The notes: generated by a model not told the origin, from the letters alone. Positions 1 to 7,801 are shown, counted from the stretch's first letter. The stretch: DNA of 34,479 bases from Eubacteriales bacterium (GCA_045642945.1 JAZUJV010000145.1:1-34479); one strand, 5' to 3'. A program made the numbers and translations.

Positions 1-45
1 TTCGGAAAAATCGGTTTTACAGCTTCGGCAGACAATAAATGAGGA

Positions 46-900
46 ATGGGGAACACGGAAATGAAAGAAGAACTCATCATCTGGCTGACGGAAGATTCCA
101 ATCCGATGGTGAAATTCCGCACGCAGAAAGAAATATTGAAACTTAACGTCAGCAGCGAGGAATCCAAGCGGTATATCCTGTCCCGCATACCGGAAAACTG
201 GTACACGGTTAAAGGGCTTTGGTACACCAATTATCTGACGGCGCTTGCGGAAGCGGGGCTAAACGCGGAGGATGTTGAGGGCGCGTGGCTTGAACAGGCT
301 TTTGCAAAACTTAAAAATAACGAACACGGCTGCGAGGACTTTATGCTGCTTCGCGCACTCGTTATGCTCGGATTCGGCAATGAGGAACCGGTGCATGGAG
401 CGTTATCCGCAATCTCGGATGCCGCGCTTCCGGACGGCGGTTTTCTTTGCAAAATGAAGCTTGACAAAAAATCATATGTTCCTAAGGGATGTTATAAAGC
501 AAATCTGATGGCTTTGCTATTAGCTTCCGAGTGTAAAAAGAAAAACGTCACTGCGCTTTTCACGGATGCTTTGGTGCGGAATTTTGTGAATCGGAGACTG
601 TTTTACAAAAGCGGGACGGACGAGCTTGTTTTGCAGGAGCGGGAGGGCTGGCGGACGATCGATGTATTCTCACCCCTTGAGGTCATGCGCGTCGGCATCG
701 TGAACGTCTACGAAGCACTCGTGAGTCTCCTCGGCAAAGATGATCCTGCTCTGCCCGAATGCGCGGCGATCATCGAAAGCCACACCGTCCGGGGAAAAGT
801 CATTCTGCAGGGGACGAGCACGAAAACCTATCTGCCCAAAGAAAAAGTCGGGGGGCCGAGCAAGTGGAATACGCTCTATTATTTGCTGGCGCAGTCATAA
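46..900 (+). CDS. hypothetical protein, possibly a prenyltransferase/terpene-cyclase-like alpha/alpha-toroid repeat protein
   Basis: Complete 284-aa ORF and first gene of a same-strand array with 4-20 nt gaps. GAGGA lies at 41-45, too close to the ATG at 46, so the ATG at 61 is an alternative start. The DGGF-type motif (LPDGGFLC) and helical-repeat character resemble prenyltransferase/squalene-cyclase repeats. The family assignment is tentative. Confidence 0.55.
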   Translation: MGNTEMKEELIIWLTEDSNPMVKFRTQKEILKLNVSSEESKRYILSRIPENWYTVKGLWYTNYLTALAEAGLNAEDVEGAWLEQAFAKLKNNEHGCEDFMLLRALVMLGFGNEEPVHGALSAISDAALPDGGFLCKMKLDKKSYVPKGCYKANLMALLLASECKKKNVTALFTDALVRNFVNRRLFYKSGTDELVLQEREGWRTIDVFSPLEVMRVGIVNVYEALVSLLGKDDPALPECAAIIESHTVRGKVILQGTSTKTYLPKEKVGGPSKWNTLYYLLAQS

Positions 901-918
901 CCGTGCCGGAGGTGGACA

Positions 919-1758
919 ATGATCGATTTTATTGAACTCGGCGGGATCGTGTCGGGCTTCGGTATCCAAAACGGAGAGATCAACTGCCTTTCCGGAAATG
1001 ATTTAGTCAAGATCGCAGATGGTGCCGTGGTACTTCAAAAGACAGTTTTTGAAAAATCCGGTGCGGCAAGGTTTTTCGCTGAAAACGAGAAACACATCGT
1101 CATCGCCGATTTCTGCACGCTTCTCTCTTTTTCCAAAGAAACCTTCGAACAGGAAAACGAAGTAAAAATCGGAAACGACCTCACGTCCGATATCTGTTAT
1201 CTTTTTGCAGAAGGCGATTATGCTTACTGCTCCATCCGCAACGGCGGTATTGCAAAGGTGCGGATCGATGATTTCAAATATGAGATATACACGACGTCGG
1301 ACGCGAGCATCTGGGAAATAAACTGCTTTGAAGGAATGCTTTATTGCGGAACGGTCGATGGGCATATTCTGAAAATCGACAAATACATTATGCAAATCGT
1401 CAAAGATGCCGAAGTGTCAAAGAAAAACATCAAAAGCATCCGCAAGGACGGAAATAAACTATACGCCGCGTCGCAGGATATGAAATTATACGTCCTTGAC
1501 TTTGATACGCTCGACGTTTTGGCGGTCAAGCGAAACGTACATAAATATATGTATTACGTTGCGGGAATCACCGATCACTGCATTGTTACGGTTTCGCATC
1601 CGGCGTCGGAGATCTCGATTCTGGACAAGGAGACCCTCGAAACGATCCGCGCGATCCGTGAACCGCTGAGGCTCAGCGGGCCGGTAAAACTGGAAGGCGA
1701 TATTTTGTACTACGCTTCAAGGAATTTCAACGGCATCAAAATGATGAAGATTGAGTAA
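919..1758 (+). CDS. hypothetical protein with beta-propeller-like (YVTN/PQQ-like) repeats
   Basis: 279-aa ORF with a GGAGGTGG RBS 5 nt upstream. Strand motifs recur: GHILKIDKYIMQIV, MKLYVLDFDTLDVLAV and SEISILDKETLETIRAI. No signal peptide. Confidence 0.55.
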   Translation: MIDFIELGGIVSGFGIQNGEINCLSGNDLVKIADGAVVLQKTVFEKSGAARFFAENEKHIVIADFCTLLSFSKETFEQENEVKIGNDLTSDICYLFAEGDYAYCSIRNGGIAKVRIDDFKYEIYTTSDASIWEINCFEGMLYCGTVDGHILKIDKYIMQIVKDAEVSKKNIKSIRKDGNKLYAASQDMKLYVLDFDTLDVLAVKRNVHKYMYYVAGITDHCIVTVSHPASEISILDKETLETIRAIREPLRLSGPVKLEGDILYYASRNFNGIKMMKIE

Positions 1759-1776
1759 AAGATTTTCGGAGGAACG

Positions 1777-2574
1777 ATGGAAAAATATATCGAAGGCAAT
1801 AAAGCCGCGTGGGAAGAGGCGTTTGAAAACCGTGATCCCGCCTGGGGCGCGGATATTTCGGAACGTATGACGAAAGAGGATTATCCCTTCTTCAATGAGG
1901 AAACGAAAGCGGTTCTGAAACAGCTTGGAACGGAAGGAAAAGTGATCGGACAGTTCTGCTGCAATAACGGCAGAGAGCTGCTATCGCTTGTAAAGAGCGG
2001 AAAGGCGAAAGCAGGCATCGGATTTGACATTGCCGAAAATCAGGTCGCGTTCGCAAACGAAAAAGCCAGAGAACTCGGGCTTCCGTGCGAATTCGTCGCG
2101 GTCAATGTTTATGACATCGACGATCGGTATCGGGAAATATTTGATGTTGTCATCATTACGATCGGCGCGCTTTGCTGGTTCAGGGATCTGACCCGTTTCT
2201 TTGAGATCGTCTCAAAATGTATGAAGCCCGGCGCTGTGATCGTGATCAACGAACAGCATCCCTGCACCAATATGATCGCCTCCGAAGGCGAGGACGAATA
2301 CGATCCGGCTCATCCTCTTGAATGTAAATATTCTTATTTTGAGCACGAATGGATCGGTAACGACGGGATGTTTTATATGACGCAGAAGACCTATCCGTCA
2401 AAGACGTTCACGGATTACACCCACCCGCTGTCCGAGATCATCACCGGAATGTGCCATAGCGGTATCGTTGTGACCGGAATGCAGGAATTCGATTACGATA
2501 TCAGCGGCGGATTTGAAGACATCAGCGGCTGCGGGTATCCGTTGTCGGTACTGATTGAAGGGAAAAAAGAGTAG
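1777..2574 (+). CDS. class I SAM-dependent methyltransferase
   Basis: 265-aa ORF with a GGAGG RBS. A motif I-like segment (VIGQFCCNNGRELL) is followed by GFDIAENQV, FDVVIITIGALCWF and MKPGAVIVINEQHP, the order typical of Methyltransf_11/23-type enzymes. Confidence 0.75.
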   Translation: MEKYIEGNKAAWEEAFENRDPAWGADISERMTKEDYPFFNEETKAVLKQLGTEGKVIGQFCCNNGRELLSLVKSGKAKAGIGFDIAENQVAFANEKARELGLPCEFVAVNVYDIDDRYREIFDVVIITIGALCWFRDLTRFFEIVSKCMKPGAVIVINEQHPCTNMIASEGEDEYDPAHPLECKYSYFEHEWIGNDGMFYMTQKTYPSKTFTDYTHPLSEIITGMCHSGIVVTGMQEFDYDISGGFEDISGCGYPLSVLIEGKKE

Positions 2575-2585
2575 GAGGAATTATT

Positions 2586-3176
2586 ATGCCGTCACCGGAA
2601 AAATTCAGAGAAACGCTTGCGGACTTTGCGGTAGACGAAGCGACCGTGCAGAAGATCAACGCGGGATACGAGAAAGTCGTATCCAAAACGAATAAGAAGA
2701 TCAAATCCGCATACATGGCACAGGCGATCACCGTGATGAACGAGGAACTGCCGAAGAAAAAAGTGCAGGAAATCATTGAGGCCAATGCTTGCTGCAAGAG
2801 CGGTGCGCGGCTCAAAACGTCGCAGGAGTTTGCAAGAGCACATAAGGACGATACCATGGAGGAACGACTTGCGCTCATCAGCGAGCGTCCGTATATGAAT
2901 ATGGGTTCTGCAAAGCTGAACGGCGACGGCGACATCATCGTTCACGCAGTCACCTATCATCCGGAAGACAGATTTGAGTGCGCTTGTCCGACGGTCAGCC
3001 ACGTCAAACGTGATTATGCCATCCCGCGTGAATACTGCTTTTGCTGCGGAGGTCATTTCAAATTTCACTATGAGATCATGCTCGGAGTAAAGCTCGAGCT
3101 TTGCGAGATCGTTTCCTCTCCCCATGACACCGAGGGGCGTGAACCGTGTGTGTTCAGATTTCGCATTGTGAGGTAA
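2586..3176 (+). CDS. Cys-rich hypothetical protein (DUF6144-like)
   Basis: 196-aa ORF with an AGGAGGAA RBS. Cys clusters (ACCKSG, ECACP, CFCCGGHFKFHYE) recall the DUF6144 family from memory. Not verified by search. Confidence 0.6.
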   Translation: MPSPEKFRETLADFAVDEATVQKINAGYEKVVSKTNKKIKSAYMAQAITVMNEELPKKKVQEIIEANACCKSGARLKTSQEFARAHKDDTMEERLALISERPYMNMGSAKLNGDGDIIVHAVTYHPEDRFECACPTVSHVKRDYAIPREYCFCCGGHFKFHYEIMLGVKLELCEIVSSPHDTEGREPCVFRFRIVR

Positions 3177-3194
3177 AAACGGAAGGAAAAACAT

Positions 3195-3593
3195 ATGTCT
3201 GAGAGAATGCTTGACAAATCAGTAAACCCGCAGTATTCCGATCTCGTCGGATTCTGCGGAACGCAGGGAGAAATGTTTGATCGTTTTAATGATTGGGTGA
3301 GAACAAAATTCAAAACGGACGCGGAGATCAAATTCCCTTACGGCAATTCATACGGGTGGTGCGTGTCCCATCACAAAAAATCGAAACTGGTCTGCAATGT
3401 ATTCCCGGAAAAAGACGCATTCAGCGTGATGGTCAGAAAGACAAACAAACAGTTTTCCGAAGTATATGACAAAGTCTCGGAACAGGCAAAAGAAGTCATA
3501 GATAACAAATACCCTTGCAACGACGGCGGATGGATCCATTTGCGCGTGACCGATGAAGCGTCATACGCGGATATCGTAAAGATCATGGAGTAA
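3195..3593 (+). CDS. DUF3788-like protein
   Basis: 132-aa ORF with a GGAAGG RBS. The segment FPYGNSYGWCVSHHKKSKLVCNVFPEKDAFSVMV resembles DUF3788 proteins common in Clostridia (memory-based). Confidence 0.6.
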   Translation: MSERMLDKSVNPQYSDLVGFCGTQGEMFDRFNDWVRTKFKTDAEIKFPYGNSYGWCVSHHKKSKLVCNVFPEKDAFSVMVRKTNKQFSEVYDKVSEQAKEVIDNKYPCNDGGWIHLRVTDEASYADIVKIME

Positions 3594-3597
3594 GCAA

Positions 3598-3861
3598 ATG
3601 AGCAAGGTAAAAATAACTGTCATAAGCAGCAAGTGCCGCGGAGGGTACTGCAAATCGGGGGACGAATTTATCGTCGACGACCTCTGCCCGCCGATGTGCC
3701 ACGAGCTGTGGAACGAAATTTATCCGATGGTCTACGCGCTGAAAAACGGAGCGGCGCTGGATTACGGTGCGGGACGAGCCAAATGCTTTGTCGCGAAATG
3801 CCCCGACGCCGGACGCGTCGTCGTCCACGGCGAGGTGATCGACGAAACAGACGAAAAATGA
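3598..3861 (+). CDS. TIGR04076-family small Cys-rich protein
   Basis: 87-aa ORF starting 4 nt after the previous stop. The pattern KCRGGYCKSGDEFIVDDLCPPMCHELW...KCPD matches the remembered TIGR04076 pattern. Confidence 0.65.
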   Translation: MSKVKITVISSKCRGGYCKSGDEFIVDDLCPPMCHELWNEIYPMVYALKNGAALDYGAGRAKCFVAKCPDAGRVVVHGEVIDETDEK

Positions 3862-3903
3862 CCGATCATCATAAAGCGGAAATGTTTTCATAAACACCCC
3901 CCT

Positions 3904-3936
3904 CGGCGGCAGGTTTTCTGCCGCCGGTTTTGTTTA
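3904..3936 (+). terminator. Rho-independent terminator of the 46-3861 operon
   Basis: Stem CGGCGGCAG (3904-3912) pairs with CTGCCGCCG (3919-3927), followed by GTTTTGTTT. Confidence 0.7.
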
Positions 3937-3965
3937 CAAAACCTTCACGTGTTATCCGAAATCCA

Positions 3966-3994
3966 TTGACAACGCGACTGCGCGAATATATAAT
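3966..3994 (+). promoter_or_regulatory. sigma-70-type promoter for the hybrid kinase gene
   Basis: TTGACA (3966-3971), exactly 17 nt of spacer, then TATAAT (3989-3994). It sits about 70 nt upstream of the ATG at 4064. Confidence 0.6.
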
Positions 3995-4063
3995 GTCGTT
4001 AGTGTATTATTATACATCAGAACGACGTTATCCGAACACACGGCGTCGAATCGGAGGCACCCC

Positions 4064-6922
4064 ATGAACGATTGCATCAGCGAACGCAAAAACGAAAACA
4101 AACTTGATTTAAGCACCGCCGCGATAATAGCGCTCGGCGGAGATTTCGATTATATATCCGCTTTGAATCTCGAAACCGAAGACGAACAGATTTTTAAATA
4201 CAACCCCGCTTTCATGAGCCTCGTTCCCGGCTGGGACAAGCTCGGAACCTACAAAGACAGAATGCGGGCAATATGCGATCTCTTCATTCACCCCGACGAC
4301 CGCGTGTCCTTTTTGAAAGAGACGGATATATCCGCGCTCCGCGAAACGCTGACGAAGGATTCCCCTCAAAAAACCGTGAATTTCCGCGAGCTGATGGGCG
4401 ACACCGTCATTTATTATCGCGGGCAGTATACACTTCTCGATAACGACGGAGCGAAAAGCTGTGTCGTCGGCTTTAAAAACGTCGACGAGCTGATGAAGCA
4501 AAAAGAAACCAGCGAGGAGACCCTTAAACGCAACCTTCGCCTGATCGAAGGCGTCGCCTCGAAATTTTCTTCCGTGCTTTACGTGAACCTCGACGACGGC
4601 TCGTTCACCTACCACGTCGTCCCGAACAACCGCGAGGAGCGGTACGACAAATACGGACAAGACAACAAAAGCTTCGAAAAGACGTTCGCGGCCTACGCGA
4701 AGGAAAATATATACGAAAACGAACAGAAAAACGTTATCGAAATCTTTAAGCTCGAAAATATCCGCGCGCGTCTCGAAAAGGAGCCGCAGTTCACCGAGAC
4801 TTTTCGAATCGCCGACGAGGGCTGGACGAAGCTTTGCCAGATAAAAGTCGTTCTCGTCGAAAGCGAAAACGGCGTTCCGAAGGGCGCGGCTATCGGCTTT
4901 TCCTACGACGAGCAGGAAGTCGCGATGAACTATATCGACGAGAAATTACGCGCCGAATACGAGGCGCTGTATCTCATCGACCTCGAAAACGACAAATATA
5001 TGCGTCTGCGCCTCGCGTCGCATCTTGATTTCGAAAGATATCAGCACGGCGTTTTAACGAAGATACTTCCCCAGTACGCGTCGGTCGTGCTTCCCGAATA
5101 CCGCGATATCTGGAACAAAATCGTCGACCTCGATTTCTTCCGCGAATATCTCGCGGATTCCGACAGGAAAGAGCTCGTATATCAGGTCTCGGGCGCCGAG
5201 ATCGAATGGCGCCGCGCCGTAATACAGGTAATCCAGAGAAAAGACGGCGTCGCCTCGCTGTTCATCTGGACTTTTATGCGGATCGACAAGGAGCGTGCCG
5301 AAAAGCTTTCGCTTCTCGAAACGATACAGAAACAGCACGAAGCGCTTCAGCAAGCGCTTGAAATGGCACAGAGCGCCAACCGCGCCAAGACCGTCTTTTT
5401 AAACAATATGAGCCACGATATCCGTACCCCGATGAACGCCATAATCGGCTATACGGGTCTCGCCGCGTCGCATATCGACAGCAAAGAACTCGTTACCGAA
5501 TATCTTAAAAAGATCGGTCAGTCCTCCGAACATCTGCTCTCGCTTATAAACGATATTCTCGATATGTCGAGGATCGAATCGGGCAAAATGACGCTTAACG
5601 AGGAGGAGGAAAACCTCTCGGAGATAGTCCACACGTTACGAAGCATCACCCAGTCGGGCATCGCCGCGAAGAGCATCGACTTCTTCGTCGACGTGTTCGA
5701 CGTTGCCGACGAGCATATAATCTGCGATAAGCTCCGCGTCAATCAGGTGCTTCTTAATATTCTTTCCAACGCCATAAAATATACCCCCACGCGCGGAACG
5801 GTAACCTTTAAGGTCTCCGAGCATAAATCTGTTTCCGACGGCTACGCGACCTACCGCTTCTCGATAAAAGACACGGGTATCGGTATGAGCGAGGAATTCT
5901 TAAAGACGATATTCGACCCGTTCACAAGGGCAAGGACCTCCACCGTTTCGGGTATTCAGGGCACGGGTTTGGGTATGTCCATCACGAAAAACATCGTCGA
6001 TATGATGGGCGGCAGGATCGACGTCAAAAGCGAAGAAAACGTCGGGACGGAAGTCATCGTCGAATTCGACTTCAAGCTTGCCGAAGCGCAGAAAGAAAGC
6101 GACGGCGGCGCCCTCGAAAAGCTTAAAGGGCTTCGCGGGCTCGTCGTTGACGACGACCTCGTCGCCTGCGCGAGCATCTCGAAGATGCTTAAAGATATCT
6201 CGATGCGCAGCGAATGGTGTACCTCGGGCAAAGAAGCCGTTTTCAGAGCCGAGACCGCCTATGAAGAAGGCGACAGTTTCAGCGTCTATATAATCGACTG
6301 GCTGATGCCCGATATGAACGGAATCGAGACGGCAAGGCGCATCCGCAGCGCCGTCGGCGATCTCACCCCGATAATAATCCTTACCGCGTACGATTGGGCG
6401 GAGATAGAGCAGGAAGCTTACGAAGCGGGCGTTACCGCCTTCGTCAACAAGCCGCTGTTCATGTCCGACCTTAAAAAGACGCTCGCTTCCTGCTGTAATC
6501 CCGAAGCGGTAAAACCCGAAGAGGAAAAATCCGACTTTTCGGGCAGTAAGATACTTCTCGTTGAGGACAACGAGATGAACCGCGAGATCGCCTGCGAAAT
6601 TCTCGGCGAATACGGCTTCGTTCTCGATACCGCCGAGGACGGCACCGTCGCCGTCGAAAAGATGAAAAACGCGAAGCCGAAGCAATACGATTTAGTCCTT
6701 ATGGATATCCAGATGCCGCTTATGGACGGCTACGAGGCGACGCGAAGGATCCGCGAACTGCCCGATAAGTCCGTCGCGGCAACGCCGATCATCGCCATGA
6801 CCGCCAACGCCTTCGAGGAGGATAAACAGCTCGCCTTCGCCGCGGGCATGGACGGCTTCCTCACAAAGCCTATCGAGATAGAAAAACTCAAAGCCACCCT
6901 CGCGGAATTCCTTGATAAATAA
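4064..6922 (+). CDS. soluble hybrid sensor histidine kinase with two C-terminal receiver domains
   Basis: 952 aa with a GGAGG RBS. H-box FLNNMSHDIRTPMNAIIGY, N-box LLNILSNAIKYT, G1 IKDTGIGM and G2 GTGLGMSI are present. REC1 has LVVDDD...IIDWLMPDMNG and REC2 has ILLVEDN...LMDIQMPLMDG...KP. No hydrophobic TM segment in the first ~430 aa, which carry three PAS-like repeats. Confidence 0.9.
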   Translation: MNDCISERKNENKLDLSTAAIIALGGDFDYISALNLETEDEQIFKYNPAFMSLVPGWDKLGTYKDRMRAICDLFIHPDDRVSFLKETDISALRETLTKDSPQKTVNFRELMGDTVIYYRGQYTLLDNDGAKSCVVGFKNVDELMKQKETSEETLKRNLRLIEGVASKFSSVLYVNLDDGSFTYHVVPNNREERYDKYGQDNKSFEKTFAAYAKENIYENEQKNVIEIFKLENIRARLEKEPQFTETFRIADEGWTKLCQIKVVLVESENGVPKGAAIGFSYDEQEVAMNYIDEKLRAEYEALYLIDLENDKYMRLRLASHLDFERYQHGVLTKILPQYASVVLPEYRDIWNKIVDLDFFREYLADSDRKELVYQVSGAEIEWRRAVIQVIQRKDGVASLFIWTFMRIDKERAEKLSLLETIQKQHEALQQALEMAQSANRAKTVFLNNMSHDIRTPMNAIIGYTGLAASHIDSKELVTEYLKKIGQSSEHLLSLINDILDMSRIESGKMTLNEEEENLSEIVHTLRSITQSGIAAKSIDFFVDVFDVADEHIICDKLRVNQVLLNILSNAIKYTPTRGTVTFKVSEHKSVSDGYATYRFSIKDTGIGMSEEFLKTIFDPFTRARTSTVSGIQGTGLGMSITKNIVDMMGGRIDVKSEENVGTEVIVEFDFKLAEAQKESDGGALEKLKGLRGLVVDDDLVACASISKMLKDISMRSEWCTSGKEAVFRAETAYEEGDSFSVYIIDWLMPDMNGIETARRIRSAVGDLTPIIILTAYDWAEIEQEAYEAGVTAFVNKPLFMSDLKKTLASCCNPEAVKPEEEKSDFSGSKILLVEDNEMNREIACEILGEYGFVLDTAEDGTVAVEKMKNAKPKQYDLVLMDIQMPLMDGYEATRRIRELPDKSVAATPIIAMTANAFEEDKQLAFAAGMDGFLTKPIEIEKLKATLAEFLDK

Positions 6923-6929
6923 AATCAGA

Positions 6930-6970
6930 AGAGCTGTCCGTAACAAAATCGGACGGCTCTTTTCTTTTTT
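6930..6970 (+). terminator. Rho-independent terminator
   Basis: AGAGCTGTCCG (6930-6940) pairs with CGGACGGCTCT (6950-6960) with one G-T wobble, followed by TTTCTTTTTT. Confidence 0.7.
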
Positions 6971-7045
6971 CTCCGAAAACCGTTAGCCCTTTTCCTTTTT
7001 CGTTCGTATATATAAGTGAAAACAAAAAGAAAAGGAGAAAAAATC

Positions 7046-7213
7046 ATGAAAAAAGAACTTAACAAAAACCTTCGCGCGCTGACGGACGAAGAAGCGCTTA
7101 AAGCAGCAGGCGGAACTGATTTCGAAATCGAAGGCGGCCCCGGCGGATATGAACAGCATATCTATACGGAAGAGACGGAAGAAGAAGCGAAAAGAAAATT
7201 CGGTCTCAGATAA
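7046..7213 (+). CDS. small peptide (55 aa) with a double-glycine-type leader
   Basis: GGAG (7034-7037) lies 8 nt before the ATG at 7046; the ORF-track GTG at 7016 is less likely. The sequence is MKKELNKNLRALTDEEALKAAGG followed by TDFEIEGGPGGYEQHIYTEETEEEAKRKFGLR. The gene has terminators on both sides (6930-6970 and 7251-7297). Confidence 0.55.
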   Translation: MKKELNKNLRALTDEEALKAAGGTDFEIEGGPGGYEQHIYTEETEEEAKRKFGLR

Positions 7214-7250
7214 ACGGCAAGGCGGAAAAAGATATGTCTCATACGAAATA

Positions 7251-7297
7251 AGCCCATCCCGGCGGCGTAACAGCCGAAAGGATGGGCTTTTTTATTT
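7251..7297 (+). terminator. Rho-independent terminator of the small peptide gene
   Basis: GCCCATCC (7252-7259) pairs with GGATGGGC (7280-7287), followed by TTTTTTATTTT. Confidence 0.75.
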
Positions 7298-7304
7298 TGC
7301 CGTT

Positions 7305-7480
7305 TCCCGATATAATTTGCAAAAAGCAAATTTCGATATATTTCCGCTATCGCGGAAATTCGATATGAAATGCGCCTCGGCGCATTTCACGAATATAACC
7401 CCAATCTTGCCCCGCAGGGCATATCGAAAATCCCGCAAGGGACTTATTCCGCTGCGGAGCGTCTCTTAGGATGCTCCGCA
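7305..7480. repeat. family-1 hairpin-array repeat, copy a
   Basis: Six or seven short hairpins are separated by TCGATAT / ATATCGA linkers. They include AATTTGC-AAAAA-GCAAATT, ATTTCCGC-TATC-GCGGAAAT, GAAATGCGC-CTCG-GCGCATTTC, TGCCC-CGCA-GGGCA, TCCC-GCAA-GGGA and GCGGAGC-N11-GCTCCGC. The reverse complement of 7406-7441 matches 20754-20790 at 36 of 37 positions. Confidence 0.75.
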
Positions 7481-7801
7481 CATCGGTCGGTTTTTTGGTA
7501 AAATATGTAAATATCGAGCATTTTCCCGATTTCCGAGATTTTTTCTTACATTATTATTTAATATATTCCGCTTTCGTGCGCAGTTTACTGCCCGTATACG
7601 GGCAATTGAAAACACACGTTTTTTGTGTAAAATTATTTTGGATGATTATTATTATTTATATGTAGAGAGAAAATTGCGGAATAAAATGGAAAAAGGTGTA
7701 TCGCGGTATTTTGATACACAAGCACGGTCGGGCGGACCGCGCAAAAAGATCATGACGCAGCGTTTCTTTTTTAAAAAAACGACCCGAAGGGAGGGAGATG
7801 G

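Noticed and set aside
2592-3194. 200-aa minus-strand ORF almost exactly mirroring the DUF6144-like gene
   Set aside because: The + strand ORF fits the operon (RBS, spacing, Cys motifs). The minus ORF has no RBS and would be transcribed against the operon. Coding-strand choice here is less certain than elsewhere, but the + strand is favoured.
3583-3897. 104-aa minus-strand and 86-aa + strand alternative-frame ORFs overlapping the TIGR04076-like gene
   Set aside because: The TIGR04076-like frame has the conserved Cys pattern and operon-consistent spacing. The alternatives are Arg-rich frame artefacts.
5900-6685. 261-aa minus-strand ORF antisense to the REC domains of the hybrid kinase (with smaller ones at 4109-4660 and 5054-5353)
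   Set aside because: The sense strand encodes canonical HATPase/REC motifs, and the antisense ORFs lack RBSs and motifs.
7640-7801. c-di-GMP riboswitch in the leader of the EAL/pel operon
   Set aside because: I looked for GEMM-I/II-like conserved segments. The only resemblance is a short CCGACCGTGCT-like string on the wrong (minus) strand. I cannot support a riboswitch call without a covariance-model scan.
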